A DNA stretch of 35,616 nt. Origin: an uncultured Solibacteraceae bacterium (GTDB taxonomy: Bacteria; Acidobacteriota; Terriglobia; Bryobacterales; Bryobacteraceae). This document shows, piece after piece, positions 16,221 to 24,506 of the stretch; position 1 is the first letter of the stretch, and each line of letters starts with the position of its first letter. Where the stretch lies: the NCBI GenBank assembly GCA_964639135.1, contig CAZXBZ010000002.1, positions 1-35,616 of the forward strand, written 5' to 3'. Under the pieces are notes generated by a model. The model did no database searches, was not told the origin of the DNA, and saw only the letters and a list, made by a program, of their open reading frames with translations. Both the position numbers and the translations under genes were made by a program.

Positions 16221-17975
16221 ATGAGTACGATTGCGGAAATCCTCGGCGTCAAGCGCAAGCAGCTTGCGGATGCCCTGGGGAACAGCGGTCTCGGCCCAGG
16301 CGGGCTCGCGCTTCCACGTTTCGGCTCGGCGCAGCGCTTCCTCCTGCTCTCCATCCTGATCGGCGTGTTCTCCGGCCTCCTGGTGGTTTGCTTTCACTTC
16401 CTGATTGAGTTCATTTCCTGGAATACCCTCGGCGTACCCACCGGGGAAAGCATGGTCTATACGCTCCTGTTCCCGCCTCTTGGAGCTTTTGTCTCGGTTC
16501 TCTTGATTCGTGAAGTCTTTCCGCTCGCCGCCGGCAGCGGCATCAACAATACGAAATCCGCCATTTATATCTCGGATGGCTATGTGCCGTTCCAATCCAT
16601 CGCCGGCAAGCTTCTTGCGTGCTCGATTTCCATCGGTTCCGGAACCTCTCTGGGTCCGGAAGATCCAGCCCTACAGATGGGCGCGGGCGTCGCTTCCTAC
16701 ATCGGCCGCCGTTTCCGGCTTGCGCGGGAGCATATGCGCCTCATCGCTCCCGTCGGAGCCGCGGCCGGCATCGCCGCGGCGTTCAACACGCCCATTACCG
16801 CCGTGCTTTTCGTTATCGAAGAGGTGATCGGCTCCTGGAACGCCGGCGTCCTGGGCTCCATTGTGCTCGCCGCGGTTTCCTCGGTGGTGGTGACACGGTC
16901 TTTTCTCGGCGACCAGCCCCTCTTCCGCGTGCCGGAGTTCCAGTTCCGGGATCCGATGGAGCTTGTCGCCTACGCCGTAATGGGCGTCGCGGGCGGTTTG
17001 GTTTCGGTGGCGTTCGTTCGCACGCTCATCTATATTCGCGGCCGCTTCGAGGCTCTTCCCGGCTGGCGGCACTACGCGCTGCCCGCGGTCTCCGGCTTCA
17101 TGGTCGGCTTGATCGGGCTTGGCTTGCCCGGCGTCATGGGCGCGGGTTACGGTTCCGTCGATAGCGCGCTGCACGATGAGTTCGGCTGGCGCGTTCTCTT
17201 GCTGCTCGCGCTGGCGAAATTCGTCGCCACCATCCTGTGTTTCTGTGCCGATATCCCCGGAGGAATGTTCGCGCCCACGCTCTTCATGGGCGCCATGCTT
17301 GGCGGCGGCATCGGCTTGCTTATCGGCAACATCCCAGGGATGCCCGAAATGGCCGGAAGCGCCTACGTGCTGGTGGGCATGGGGACGCTGTTCGCCGGTA
17401 TTTTCCGTACGCCGATGACGTCCATCTTCATGGTCTTCGAGGTGAGCGCCAGCTACGTCATCATCCTGCCCGTGATGATCTCCAACACCATCGCCTATCT
17501 CATCTCCCGCCGCTTTCTTCCGGAACCCTTCTTTGAACTGATCGCCGCGCAGGACGGCCTCGATCTGCCCTCGAACGAAGAGCGGCGCGAGCGGGAATCG
17601 CTCCGCATCGAGGATGCCATGTCGGGCGGCCGGGGGGCTCTCTCCTGGGATAGCTCCGTGGATGCCGCGCTCCAGTTCTTGCGGCAATCCGACGTGCCGT
17701 TCGCGCTCGTGGCGACTCGCCACGCTGTTTGGGCCTCGGTGTCGCTCGCCGCCGTCGAGCGCGCGATCGGTCAGGATAAGGGAGACTGGCCCCTGGCGGA
17801 AGCTTTCGCTCTTACCGATCTTCCCCGCCTCTATATGGATCTATCCCTGGAAGACGCTCTTCGCAAGCTGAGCAAGGTGCCTATTCTGCCGGTCGTCAGC
17901 CGCGCGCATCCCGGCCAGTTACTTGGTTCCATCACCCTCCACGATGTGCATAAGGCCTTCGGCATTAAAGCCTGA
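16221..17975 (+). CDS. ClC-family chloride channel / H+-Cl- exchanger with C-terminal CBS pair
   Basis: ClC motifs AAGSGINN (GSGIP-type), GSGTSLGPEDPALQMG (gating-Glu loop), GGMFAPTLFMGAMLG (GxFxP) and GIFRTPMTSIFMVFEVS. The C-terminal ~140 aa show a CBS-pair pattern. Confidence 0.9.
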   Translation: MSTIAEILGVKRKQLADALGNSGLGPGGLALPRFGSAQRFLLLSILIGVFSGLLVVCFHFLIEFISWNTLGVPTGESMVYTLLFPPLGAFVSVLLIREVFPLAAGSGINNTKSAIYISDGYVPFQSIAGKLLACSISIGSGTSLGPEDPALQMGAGVASYIGRRFRLAREHMRLIAPVGAAAGIAAAFNTPITAVLFVIEEVIGSWNAGVLGSIVLAAVSSVVVTRSFLGDQPLFRVPEFQFRDPMELVAYAVMGVAGGLVSVAFVRTLIYIRGRFEALPGWRHYALPAVSGFMVGLIGLGLPGVMGAGYGSVDSALHDEFGWRVLLLLALAKFVATILCFCADIPGGMFAPTLFMGAMLGGGIGLLIGNIPGMPEMAGSAYVLVGMGTLFAGIFRTPMTSIFMVFEVSASYVIILPVMISNTIAYLISRRFLPEPFFELIAAQDGLDLPSNEERRERESLRIEDAMSGGRGALSWDSSVDAALQFLRQSDVPFALVATRHAVWASVSLAAVERAIGQDKGDWPLAEAFALTDLPRLYMDLSLEDALRKLSKVPILPVVSRAHPGQLLGSITLHDVHKAFGIKA

Positions 17976-18008
17976 CGGCGTTGTGGAGGCTGCGTTGCCG
18001 GGCGCGGA

Positions 18009-18866
18009 TCAGAGAGTAAGACAGTAAGCGTCGATGGTTCGGTGCAGCGCTTCCGGAGCCAGGAAAACCTGGGGCGGGGCGAACGCTTCCGGAATCTCCC
18101 GATCCTCCTCCCCGGCTTCGTAGACCGGCTGGAAGCCCGCGAGGTGGGCCGCCTGGTTCGCGGCCGCCACGTTCGCCAGCAGGCCCGGCTCGTCCGCCGG
18201 GACCGGCTCATGGTGCCGCAGACATACCTCGATGAGGTTCGGCGGCAGCTTCCAGGTAAGCATCATCGAGGCGCCCGCCGTGCAATGATCGATCTCAAAG
18301 AACTGCCGCTCAAGCTCGCGAATGTCCACTCTATCGCTGACGGATTCTTCGATCAGAGCGGTATACTTTCGCGGGAAGGCCGTCATCAGCGCGATGCGGC
18401 CCACGTCGTGCAGCAGCCCGGCTGTATACGCGACGCCTGGGTCTGTCTTGTAGCGTGGCGAGAAGGCCGCGCTCAGGTGCGCCGCCGCCAGGCAGTGCTT
18501 CCAGCAATCCACCAGCCTCGGTTCCCGGAAGGCGTGGCGGAATTCCCGCGAGAGCGCGATCATCATCACCAGCCCCTTCACCCGCTCCACGCCCACCAGC
18601 GTCACCGCGTGCCGGATGTCGCCAACTTCGCCGGATACACCCAGCAGCGGGGAGTTGGCCGCCTTCAGGACCTCCCAGGCGAACGCGGGGTCGCTTTCAA
18701 TTACCTCGGCGAATTCCGGATAGCCCGCGTGCGGGTTGTTGAGCAGCCGCAGGAGGCGGGTCGCCGCGGCCGGAAACGGAGGCAGATGCCGCAACGCCCA
18801 GTGATGCTTCGGCAGCGTGGGGACCGGGTAGTGCGAGATTCCGGATTCTGAGCTGCTGGGCTGCAT
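18009..18866 (-). CDS. HDOD domain-containing protein
   Basis: LPPFPAAATRLLRLLNNP..., VIESDPAFAWEVLKAANSPLLG, IRHAVTLVGVERVKGLVMMIAL and GLLHDVGRIAL. These match the stand-alone HDOD (HD-related output domain) layout. Confidence 0.8.
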   Translation of the reverse strand: MQPSSSESGISHYPVPTLPKHHWALRHLPPFPAAATRLLRLLNNPHAGYPEFAEVIESDPAFAWEVLKAANSPLLGVSGEVGDIRHAVTLVGVERVKGLVMMIALSREFRHAFREPRLVDCWKHCLAAAHLSAAFSPRYKTDPGVAYTAGLLHDVGRIALMTAFPRKYTALIEESVSDRVDIRELERQFFEIDHCTAGASMMLTWKLPPNLIEVCLRHHEPVPADEPGLLANVAAANQAAHLAGFQPVYEAGEEDREIPEAFAPPQVFLAPEALHRTIDAYCLTL

Positions 18867-19065
18867 GGCATGGCTCGCGCCGAAGGATCTCCTCCTTTGA
18901 CCCTTTTCGGCGGGACGGGCCGCGTTCTTGAATCGTGGGAGGAGCTGATTCCGCGCTTCGGAAATTTTGTGATGTGGCGGGATGGCACGGCTTGGCGGGA
19001 GCGGTGGATCCGGATGTGTTCATGGCGGGAATCCGTTCCACCGGACCCCGCTCTCTGAAATGCAA

Positions 19066-19105
19066 AGCGCCGCCCGCCGTGGTCCCAAGACCGGCGGGCG
19101 GCGCT
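19066..19105 (-). terminator. Strong hairpin; probable intrinsic terminator of the upstream minus-strand gene
   Basis: Perfect 14-bp stem agcgccgcccgccg (19066-19079) / cggcgggcggcgct (19092-19105) with a 12-nt loop, 29 nt past the stop at 19134. On the minus strand the stem is followed by TTGCATTTC. Confidence 0.55.
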
Positions 19106-19133
19106 CAATGGATGCCTTCTGGCGGGGTCCGGC

Positions 19134-20078
19134 CTAGCGGCGGAAGTCCAGCCGGAAACGGTTGTTGCCCGAATTTCCGTAAAGGTCGATGCGGTCGAGA
19201 GCGTTGCTGCTTCGGTAATCCACCCGCGCGACTCCGTCGATCTTTCCTTCGGTGGAATCGTCGAGCGCGACTTCAAAGAACCCGTTGCTCGAACTCGTGA
19301 TGCGTCCCCGGAATTCCACCGGACGGTTTTCGGTGGTTTCGATACGGATGGTCGCGCGGTCTCCACTCACTTGCACGGTGGACCGGTTCACGTTCAGATT
19401 GGCGCGGCGGTCCCAGGTAACCGTGCCCTTGCCGCTGGCCGTGAGGTTCGCCGGCGGAGTCACGTTGCCCCAGCCGCTCGAATTGCCCCATCTGTTATTG
19501 CTGCTCGAACTCGATCCCCAGCCTGAACTGCTCGAACTGCTCGCGCTGCTTTCCGAGCCCCAACTGTCCGCGCGGTTCCCGCTCGTTCCACCACGCCTGG
19601 CGTCGCCCCGCCCAGGCCGGCTGCTGCTGATGTTCGAGGATCCGGCGATATCCCAGTTGAGCCGGATGTGATAGCGGCCCGCGCCTCCGTCGGAATCCCG
19701 GATGTTGAAGACCGCCCGGTTGTTGCCGCGCCGCGTGGGCTCTTCCATGAGTTCCACCCGCCCGCGGCCGTCGCGCTTCTCCCAGCGGAAGTTGTTCACT
19801 TCGCCGATGGGAAGGGGGAAGTTGCACTCCGAGCCGTCGTCCCTGGCGTCGCTGCCGGAGATCGTGCGGATATCCACGCGGTCTCCCCGAACCGACAGTT
19901 CGACTTCGTTATCCACCCGGACGCGAATGTCGCACTGCCCCTTCCCGGAGGGTACGTCCGATCTTGTCATCTTCTTTACCGTAAAGGACGTATCCGCCGC
20001 CGCGGGCATTGTGAGAAACGCGCCCGCGCCAGCCAGCACCAGCGCGGTTAGAAGTCGTGAGAGCGGTAAACGTTGCAT
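19134..20078 (-). CDS. Secreted protein of unknown function with two homologous beta-rich domains and a Ser/Gly/Trp-rich linker
   Basis: Signal peptide MQRLPLSRLLTALVLAGAGAFLTMPAAA. GGAGG lies 9 nt upstream of ATG 20078. The two domains share ELSVRGDRVDIRT ~ TVQVSGDRATIRIET and RYHIRLNWD ~ NRFRLDFRR. Linker: SWGSESSASSSSSSGWGSSSSSNNRWGNSSGWGN. Confidence 0.6.
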   Translation of the reverse strand: MQRLPLSRLLTALVLAGAGAFLTMPAAADTSFTVKKMTRSDVPSGKGQCDIRVRVDNEVELSVRGDRVDIRTISGSDARDDGSECNFPLPIGEVNNFRWEKRDGRGRVELMEEPTRRGNNRAVFNIRDSDGGAGRYHIRLNWDIAGSSNISSSRPGRGDARRGGTSGNRADSWGSESSASSSSSSGWGSSSSSNNRWGNSSGWGNVTPPANLTASGKGTVTWDRRANLNVNRSTVQVSGDRATIRIETTENRPVEFRGRITSSSNGFFEVALDDSTEGKIDGVARVDYRSSNALDRIDLYGNSGNNRFRLDFRR

Positions 20079-20325
20079 ACTCAATAGCCTCCAGGTAGCC
20101 GTCGGAATGCGGCCATCAGAAATTTTCGTTATTGTTGCCGTCGCGCGGCCCGTTTCGCTCAAGGGCGAACCGGCCGGGGGCGCAAGGAACCGGAACGAGA
20201 CCGAGAGAAGGATATCATGGATAAGGTCCGCCCTAAGCGCGCCACCGTGCCGCCGCGGCTATCGTATTAGAGGCGGTTCGATATGCCGGCGTTGCAAAGA
20301 CTTGGGCGCGCCGCTCTCTACCGCC

Positions 20326-21072
20326 GTGCAAATCTCCGCCACGATCATCGCCCTGAACGAAGAGCGGAACATCGCCCGCGCGATCGAGAGCCTTCGCTGC
20401 TGTGAAGAGATCCTTGTGGTGGATAGCGGCTCGACGGATCGCACCTGCGAGGTCGCCCGGCTGCACGGCGCCAGGGTGATTGAAGCCGGCTGGCTCGGTT
20501 ACGCCGCCCAGAAAAACTATGCGGCGGGCCTTGCGAGCCATGATTGGATTCTCTCCATCGACGCGGACGAAGCCCTCAGCGAGGGCCTCGAAGCGGAGAT
20601 CTGGCGGCTCAAGAAATCAGGCCCCCAGGCCGATGCCTACGAGTTTGCCCGCCTTGCGCGGTACCTCGGCCGCTGGATTCTGCATTCCGGCTGGTACCCG
20701 GACCGCAAGGTGCGCCTCTACCATCGCGAGAAGGCGGAATGGGTGGGTGAATTCGTCCACGAGAGCGTCCGCGCGACGGGCAGCGTCGGCCGCCTGGAGG
20801 GCAACCTGCTCCACTTCACCTGCGAGTCGCTCACGGAACACGTCAAGACCATGAATGCGTATACGACCCTTGCCGCGCGAGAAATCGCCGCCCGCCGCAT
20901 CCGTATCTCATGGGCACGCCTCCTTCTGGATCCGCCCTTCACCTTTTTCCGCGCCTATATTGTCAAACGCGGTTTCCAGGACGGGCTCGAAGGCTTCATC
21001 ATCGCTTACATGGCCGCCACGTATAACTTCCTGAAGTACGCCAAGGCCCGCATGATGGGTTCGCATGACTGA
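20326..21072 (+). CDS. Glycosyltransferase family 2 (LPS-core/KdtX-like small GT2)
   Basis: ISATIIALNEERNIARAIESL, VVDSGSTDRT and SIDADE (DxD). Start taken as GTG 20326 (MQISATII...); TTG 20302 is also in frame. The ORF-track extension back to 19702 is antisense to the neighbouring gene. Confidence 0.7.
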   Translation: MQISATIIALNEERNIARAIESLRCCEEILVVDSGSTDRTCEVARLHGARVIEAGWLGYAAQKNYAAGLASHDWILSIDADEALSEGLEAEIWRLKKSGPQADAYEFARLARYLGRWILHSGWYPDRKVRLYHREKAEWVGEFVHESVRATGSVGRLEGNLLHFTCESLTEHVKTMNAYTTLAAREIAARRIRISWARLLLDPPFTFFRAYIVKRGFQDGLEGFIIAYMAATYNFLKYAKARMMGSHD

Positions 21073-21111
21073 GCGGAGTTCGGCACTGGAGAAATTGCCG
21101 GGGAGAAGCCG

Positions 21112-22014
21112 GTGAAGCGGGCGGAGCCGTGCGTCGTTCATCTGGATTCCGGCCGCGAAATGCGCGGCGGACAGTGGCAGGCGCTCGCGCTGCACGAAGG
21201 GCTGCTCGCGCGCGGCGTCGGGAGTTTTCTGCTCGCGCGCGCCGACTCGCCGCTTTATCGGGCCGCCCTTGACCGCGGGCTTCCGGTGGCGCCGCTCACG
21301 CCGTGGCGGGTATGGCGCGAGGCCCGCCGCGGCGCGCTTCTCCACGCGCACGACGCCGCTTCTCACACGATGGCCGCCATGGCCGGCGTCCGGCGGCTCG
21401 TGGTCTCGCGCCGTGTCGTCTTCCCCGTGAAGCGCGGCCCGCTCTCGCGCTGGAAATATCGGAACGCCTCCCTCTATCTGGCGGTGTCGGAAACGGTACG
21501 GGACGAACTGGTCCGCGCGGGAATCGCCGCTTCGCGTATTCGCGTCGTCCACGACGGCGTCCAGCCTCTGCCCTTGCCGCGCGTGCGCCGTGATCTTGTG
21601 GCGCTCGAGAGCGGCGACCCCGGTAAGTGCGCCGGTCTCGCGCGCGCCGCGGCCACGCTCGGCGGCTTCCAGCTTGTGTTCAGCCGCGACCTCCCCGCCG
21701 CCTTCGAGGAAGCCGCTCTCTTCCTCTACCTCAGCCGCGCCGAGGGGCTCGGCTCCGCCGCGCTGCTGGCGATGTCGGCCGGTATCCCGGTGGTGGCCAG
21801 CCGCATCCCCGCCCTCGCCGAAGTTGTGGAGGATGGAGTTACCGGCATCCTGGTGGATAATGATCCTTCGGCCGTAGCGGCGGCGGTGGACACCCTGCGG
21901 CTCGACGACGCGCTTGCCCGGCGCATGGGCCTCGCGGGACGCGCGCTCGTCGAATCGCGCTTTCGCATCGATCACATGGTGGAAAATACCTTGGCGGTTT
22001 ACGAATCCTTATGA
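21112..22014 (+). CDS. Compact GT-B glycosyltransferase (GT4/GT1-like)
   Basis: C-terminal GT4 signature LSRAEGLGSAALLAMSAGIPVVASRIPALAEVVEDGVTGILV. The second Glu of EX7E is replaced by Leu. GGAG lies ~7 nt upstream of GTG 21112. Confidence 0.65.
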   Translation: MKRAEPCVVHLDSGREMRGGQWQALALHEGLLARGVGSFLLARADSPLYRAALDRGLPVAPLTPWRVWREARRGALLHAHDAASHTMAAMAGVRRLVVSRRVVFPVKRGPLSRWKYRNASLYLAVSETVRDELVRAGIAASRIRVVHDGVQPLPLPRVRRDLVALESGDPGKCAGLARAAATLGGFQLVFSRDLPAAFEEAALFLYLSRAEGLGSAALLAMSAGIPVVASRIPALAEVVEDGVTGILVDNDPSAVAAAVDTLRLDDALARRMGLAGRALVESRFRIDHMVENTLAVYESL

Positions 22015-22826
22015 TGCCATTCGAACCCTGGATTGCTTTTCTGCTTGGACTCTTGGTGGGCAGCTTCCTGAACGTATGTATTCACCGCCTGCCCAATGAG
22101 CTTGCCGTTTGGAGCCCGGCGCGCTCCTTCTGCCCCCGCTGCGAGCAAACCATCGCCTGGTACGATAACATCCCGGTGCTTGGCTACCTGCTCCTGCGCG
22201 GCAAGTGCCGCCACTGTGGAGCGCCCATTTCGTGGCGCTACCCCGCCGTGGAACTTCTTACCGCCATCCTCTTCGCCTTCATCGCGGCCCTCGGCATGCC
22301 AGCGCTCTACACGGCAAAATTTCTCGTTTTCACGGCTATCATGGTGACGCTCATCGTCACCGATTTTGAAGAGCGCTTCCTCCCCGACGCCTTTACCCTC
22401 GGCGGCGCGGCCGTGGGCGTGGTCTTCGCCTGGTTCGCGCCCGTCAAATTCGGGGCGCTCGTCTTCTTTCTCCAGGGGATCTACGGAATCAAGATGGCCA
22501 GCGCGATAGAGGCCGTCTTCGCCGCCGTCTCCCTGAGCGGCATTCTCTGGGTGCTGGGAGAGATTTACTACCGGATCCGTCACAAGGAAGGGCTCGGCCT
22601 GGGGGATGTGAAGATGCTGGCCACCATCGGCGCCTTTCTTGGGCTTCAGGGCGCAATGCTCTCCCTGATGGCGGCCTCGGTGGCGGGGACGCTCGCGGGC
22701 CTTGCCTACATGATCGCCGCCCGGAAGGATTTCGCGACCTACGAACTTCCCCTGGGGAGCTTCCTTGGAATCGCGGCGCTGGGCGTGGGCTACTGGCTGC
22801 TCGGCTCGCTCGTGCCCGCTTATTGA
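22011..22826 (+). CDS. pilD: Type IV prepilin peptidase / N-methyltransferase (peptidase A24)
   Basis: N-terminal A24 domain with CPRCEQ...CRHCG zinc-type cysteines and WYDNIPVLGYLLLRGKC. Catalytic Asp motifs are TDFEERFLPD and GLGDVKMLA. ATG 22011 overlaps the upstream stop (ATGA). Confidence 0.85.
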   Translation: MMPFEPWIAFLLGLLVGSFLNVCIHRLPNELAVWSPARSFCPRCEQTIAWYDNIPVLGYLLLRGKCRHCGAPISWRYPAVELLTAILFAFIAALGMPALYTAKFLVFTAIMVTLIVTDFEERFLPDAFTLGGAAVGVVFAWFAPVKFGALVFFLQGIYGIKMASAIEAVFAAVSLSGILWVLGEIYYRIRHKEGLGLGDVKMLATIGAFLGLQGAMLSLMAASVAGTLAGLAYMIAARKDFATYELPLGSFLGIAALGVGYWLLGSLVPAY

Positions 22827-23767
22827 ACGGGCGGCGTGCTCCCGAGCAGCGCCTCCACTTCCTCGCGTCCTGGCACGGAAGGCTGCGCGCCGGGCCGCGT
22901 GACGGAAATCGCCGCGGCAGCGCTCGCGAACCGCACGGCCTCCGGCATCTCCATCCCCTCGGCGATCGCCGCGCCCAGCGCGCCATTGAACGTATCGCCG
23001 GCGGCTGTCGTGTCGATGGCTTTGACCGGGAACGCCGGAACGTGGAATCGCCGCAGCCGGTTTATGAATACCGCGCCGTTTCCGCCCAGTTTGACGATGA
23101 CGGCGCGCGTGCCGCGATCGAGCAGCCGTTCGCCGATTGCGTAGGCGTCCTCAACGCCCAATGCTCCCGGTTTCTCCCCGAGCGCCAGTGCCGCTTCGGT
23201 TTCATTCGGCGTCAGCAGGTCCACGTTGCGCAGCATCTCGGGTGAAAGCTCCCGCGCGGGCGCGGGGTCGAGAATGGTGATGACACGCCGCAACTGCCCC
23301 AGTTCGAGAGCGGCGCGCACCGTTTCGATCGGCGTCTCAAGCTGGAGCAGCGCCACGCGCGTCTTCCAGTAGAGGGCTTCTTGCGCGCGAACATCCTCCA
23401 CCGTCAGCCGGGCATTCGCGCCCGGTATTACGACGATCGAGTTCTCGCCCGAATCCGCCACCCAGATAAGCGCGGAGCCGGTGGCGACATCACTCAGCCT
23501 TTCCACCGCATCCGTTTCGACTCCGGCGCTTGAGAGGCTGTCGAGCAGCATCCGGCCCGCCGCGTCGTCGCCCACGCGGCCCAGCATGCGTACCTCCAGG
23601 CTTGCGTCGGCCATCCGGCCCGCCGCCACGGCCTGGTTCGCGCCCTTGCCGCCGGGATGAATCTGGAGATCACTGCCCGTCAGGGTCTCGCCGGGCGCGG
23701 GCATGCGCGGCACGCGCGCCACGTAGTCGCAGTTCAGGCTGCCGATGACAAGAATTCCGCCGGACAT
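22820..23767 (-). CDS. rbsK: Ribokinase
   Basis: VIGSLNCDYV, PGGKGANQAVAAGR and anion-hole/catalytic motif DTTAAGDTFNGALG. Start set at ATG 23767 (MSGGILVIGS). The 3' end overlaps the pilD 3' end by 7 nt. Confidence 0.85.
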   Translation of the reverse strand: MSGGILVIGSLNCDYVARVPRMPAPGETLTGSDLQIHPGGKGANQAVAAGRMADASLEVRMLGRVGDDAAGRMLLDSLSSAGVETDAVERLSDVATGSALIWVADSGENSIVVIPGANARLTVEDVRAQEALYWKTRVALLQLETPIETVRAALELGQLRRVITILDPAPARELSPEMLRNVDLLTPNETEAALALGEKPGALGVEDAYAIGERLLDRGTRAVIVKLGGNGAVFINRLRRFHVPAFPVKAIDTTAAGDTFNGALGAAIAEGMEMPEAVRFASAAAAISVTRPGAQPSVPGREEVEALLGSTPPVQ

Positions 23768-23841
23768 AGGCTCGGGCCAAGCCTCCTCAGCCCTTGAGGG
23801 TATCAAATGCCGCCGTGGAAGCGAAGAGATTTTGGGAGGGC

Positions 23842-24429
23842 TTATCGCGCCAGATCGATGCCGTATCGCTTCAGCTCTTCCGCGTAATAGCGCCGGTGCA
23901 GGATGTCCCACTCCTCGGTGCCTTCCAGCACGCCGCGTTTCAGCGTGCGGATCTTATTGCGGGCCGCCGTTTCCGCGCGGTCTTCAAGCTGCAATACTTC
24001 GGTGATCTGCTTCACGATCTCGAGCCGGACTTCGTTTGCGTCGCGCCGGACCCGCACATCACGGCTCCGCCGCAGTTCCGCGATCACCTTGTGCGAAAGG
24101 TCGAGGATTTTGTCCCGCGAGAGCCGCATCTTATCCCCGGAATCCCGTCCCGAAGCTGGTACGATCTTGCGCTCAAGAATCAGCTTGCGCTTGATCTTCT
24201 TGAACATTTCCATGTAGCTGACGCCGTCGCGCCGCATGGTTTCCTCGTACTCTTCCAGGATGTCGCGCACGTCGTCGTTCAGGTCGTCTTCCGCGCGGAG
24301 ATCCTCTTCAATGACATGCGCTACCTGCAAGGCGGCGGAGTCCAGATTGGCGCACTCCACCCAAAGCGGGGTCAGCTTGCGGATCAGTTGTCGGCTCAGG
24401 TAATGGATAAATTCGGGCGCTAATAGCAT
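23842..24429 (-). CDS. Highly charged helical protein, DUF507-like, internally duplicated
   Basis: 195 aa from ATG 24429. The two halves share a pattern: FIHYLSRQLIRKL...EDDLNDDVRDILEEY...KIKRKLILERKI versus KILDLSHKVIAEL...EDRAETAARNKIRTL...YYAEELKRYGI. The family name is from memory and is not verified. Confidence 0.5.
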   Translation of the reverse strand: MLLAPEFIHYLSRQLIRKLTPLWVECANLDSAALQVAHVIEEDLRAEDDLNDDVRDILEEYEETMRRDGVSYMEMFKKIKRKLILERKIVPASGRDSGDKMRLSRDKILDLSHKVIAELRRSRDVRVRRDANEVRLEIVKQITEVLQLEDRAETAARNKIRTLKRGVLEGTEEWDILHRRYYAEELKRYGIDLAR

Positions 24430-24506
24430 CCAGATACGCTCGTGAAGGGGCGAAATCGTAATTGAGATCGCTCTTTCAGTGTAGTGTCGGTGAAAATGAA
24501 GTGTCA

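Noticed and set aside
15335-17723. Long minus-strand ORFs (339 aa at 15335-16354, 190 aa at 16023-16595, 350 aa at 16671-17723) opposite the TPR and ClC genes
   Set aside because: They are antisense to genes with strong family signatures, and their compositions are dominated by R/G/A/E/H. These are high-GC frame artefacts.
18870-19058. 62-aa plus-strand ORF in the 267-nt gap upstream of the HDOD gene
   Set aside because: It has no SD and a Trp/Arg-rich composition. It overlaps the likely HDOD 5' UTR and promoter, and nothing supports translation.
19702-20325. Upstream extension of the GT2 ORF (456-aa version in the ORF track)
   Set aside because: The extension runs antisense through the secreted-protein gene and the intergenic region. 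The GT2 fold begins right after GTG 20326 (MQISATIIALNEE).
20908-21975. 355-aa minus-strand ORF opposite the GT2 and GT-B genes
   Set aside because: It is an antisense shadow ORF with no motifs. The plus-strand genes carry GT signatures and an SD.
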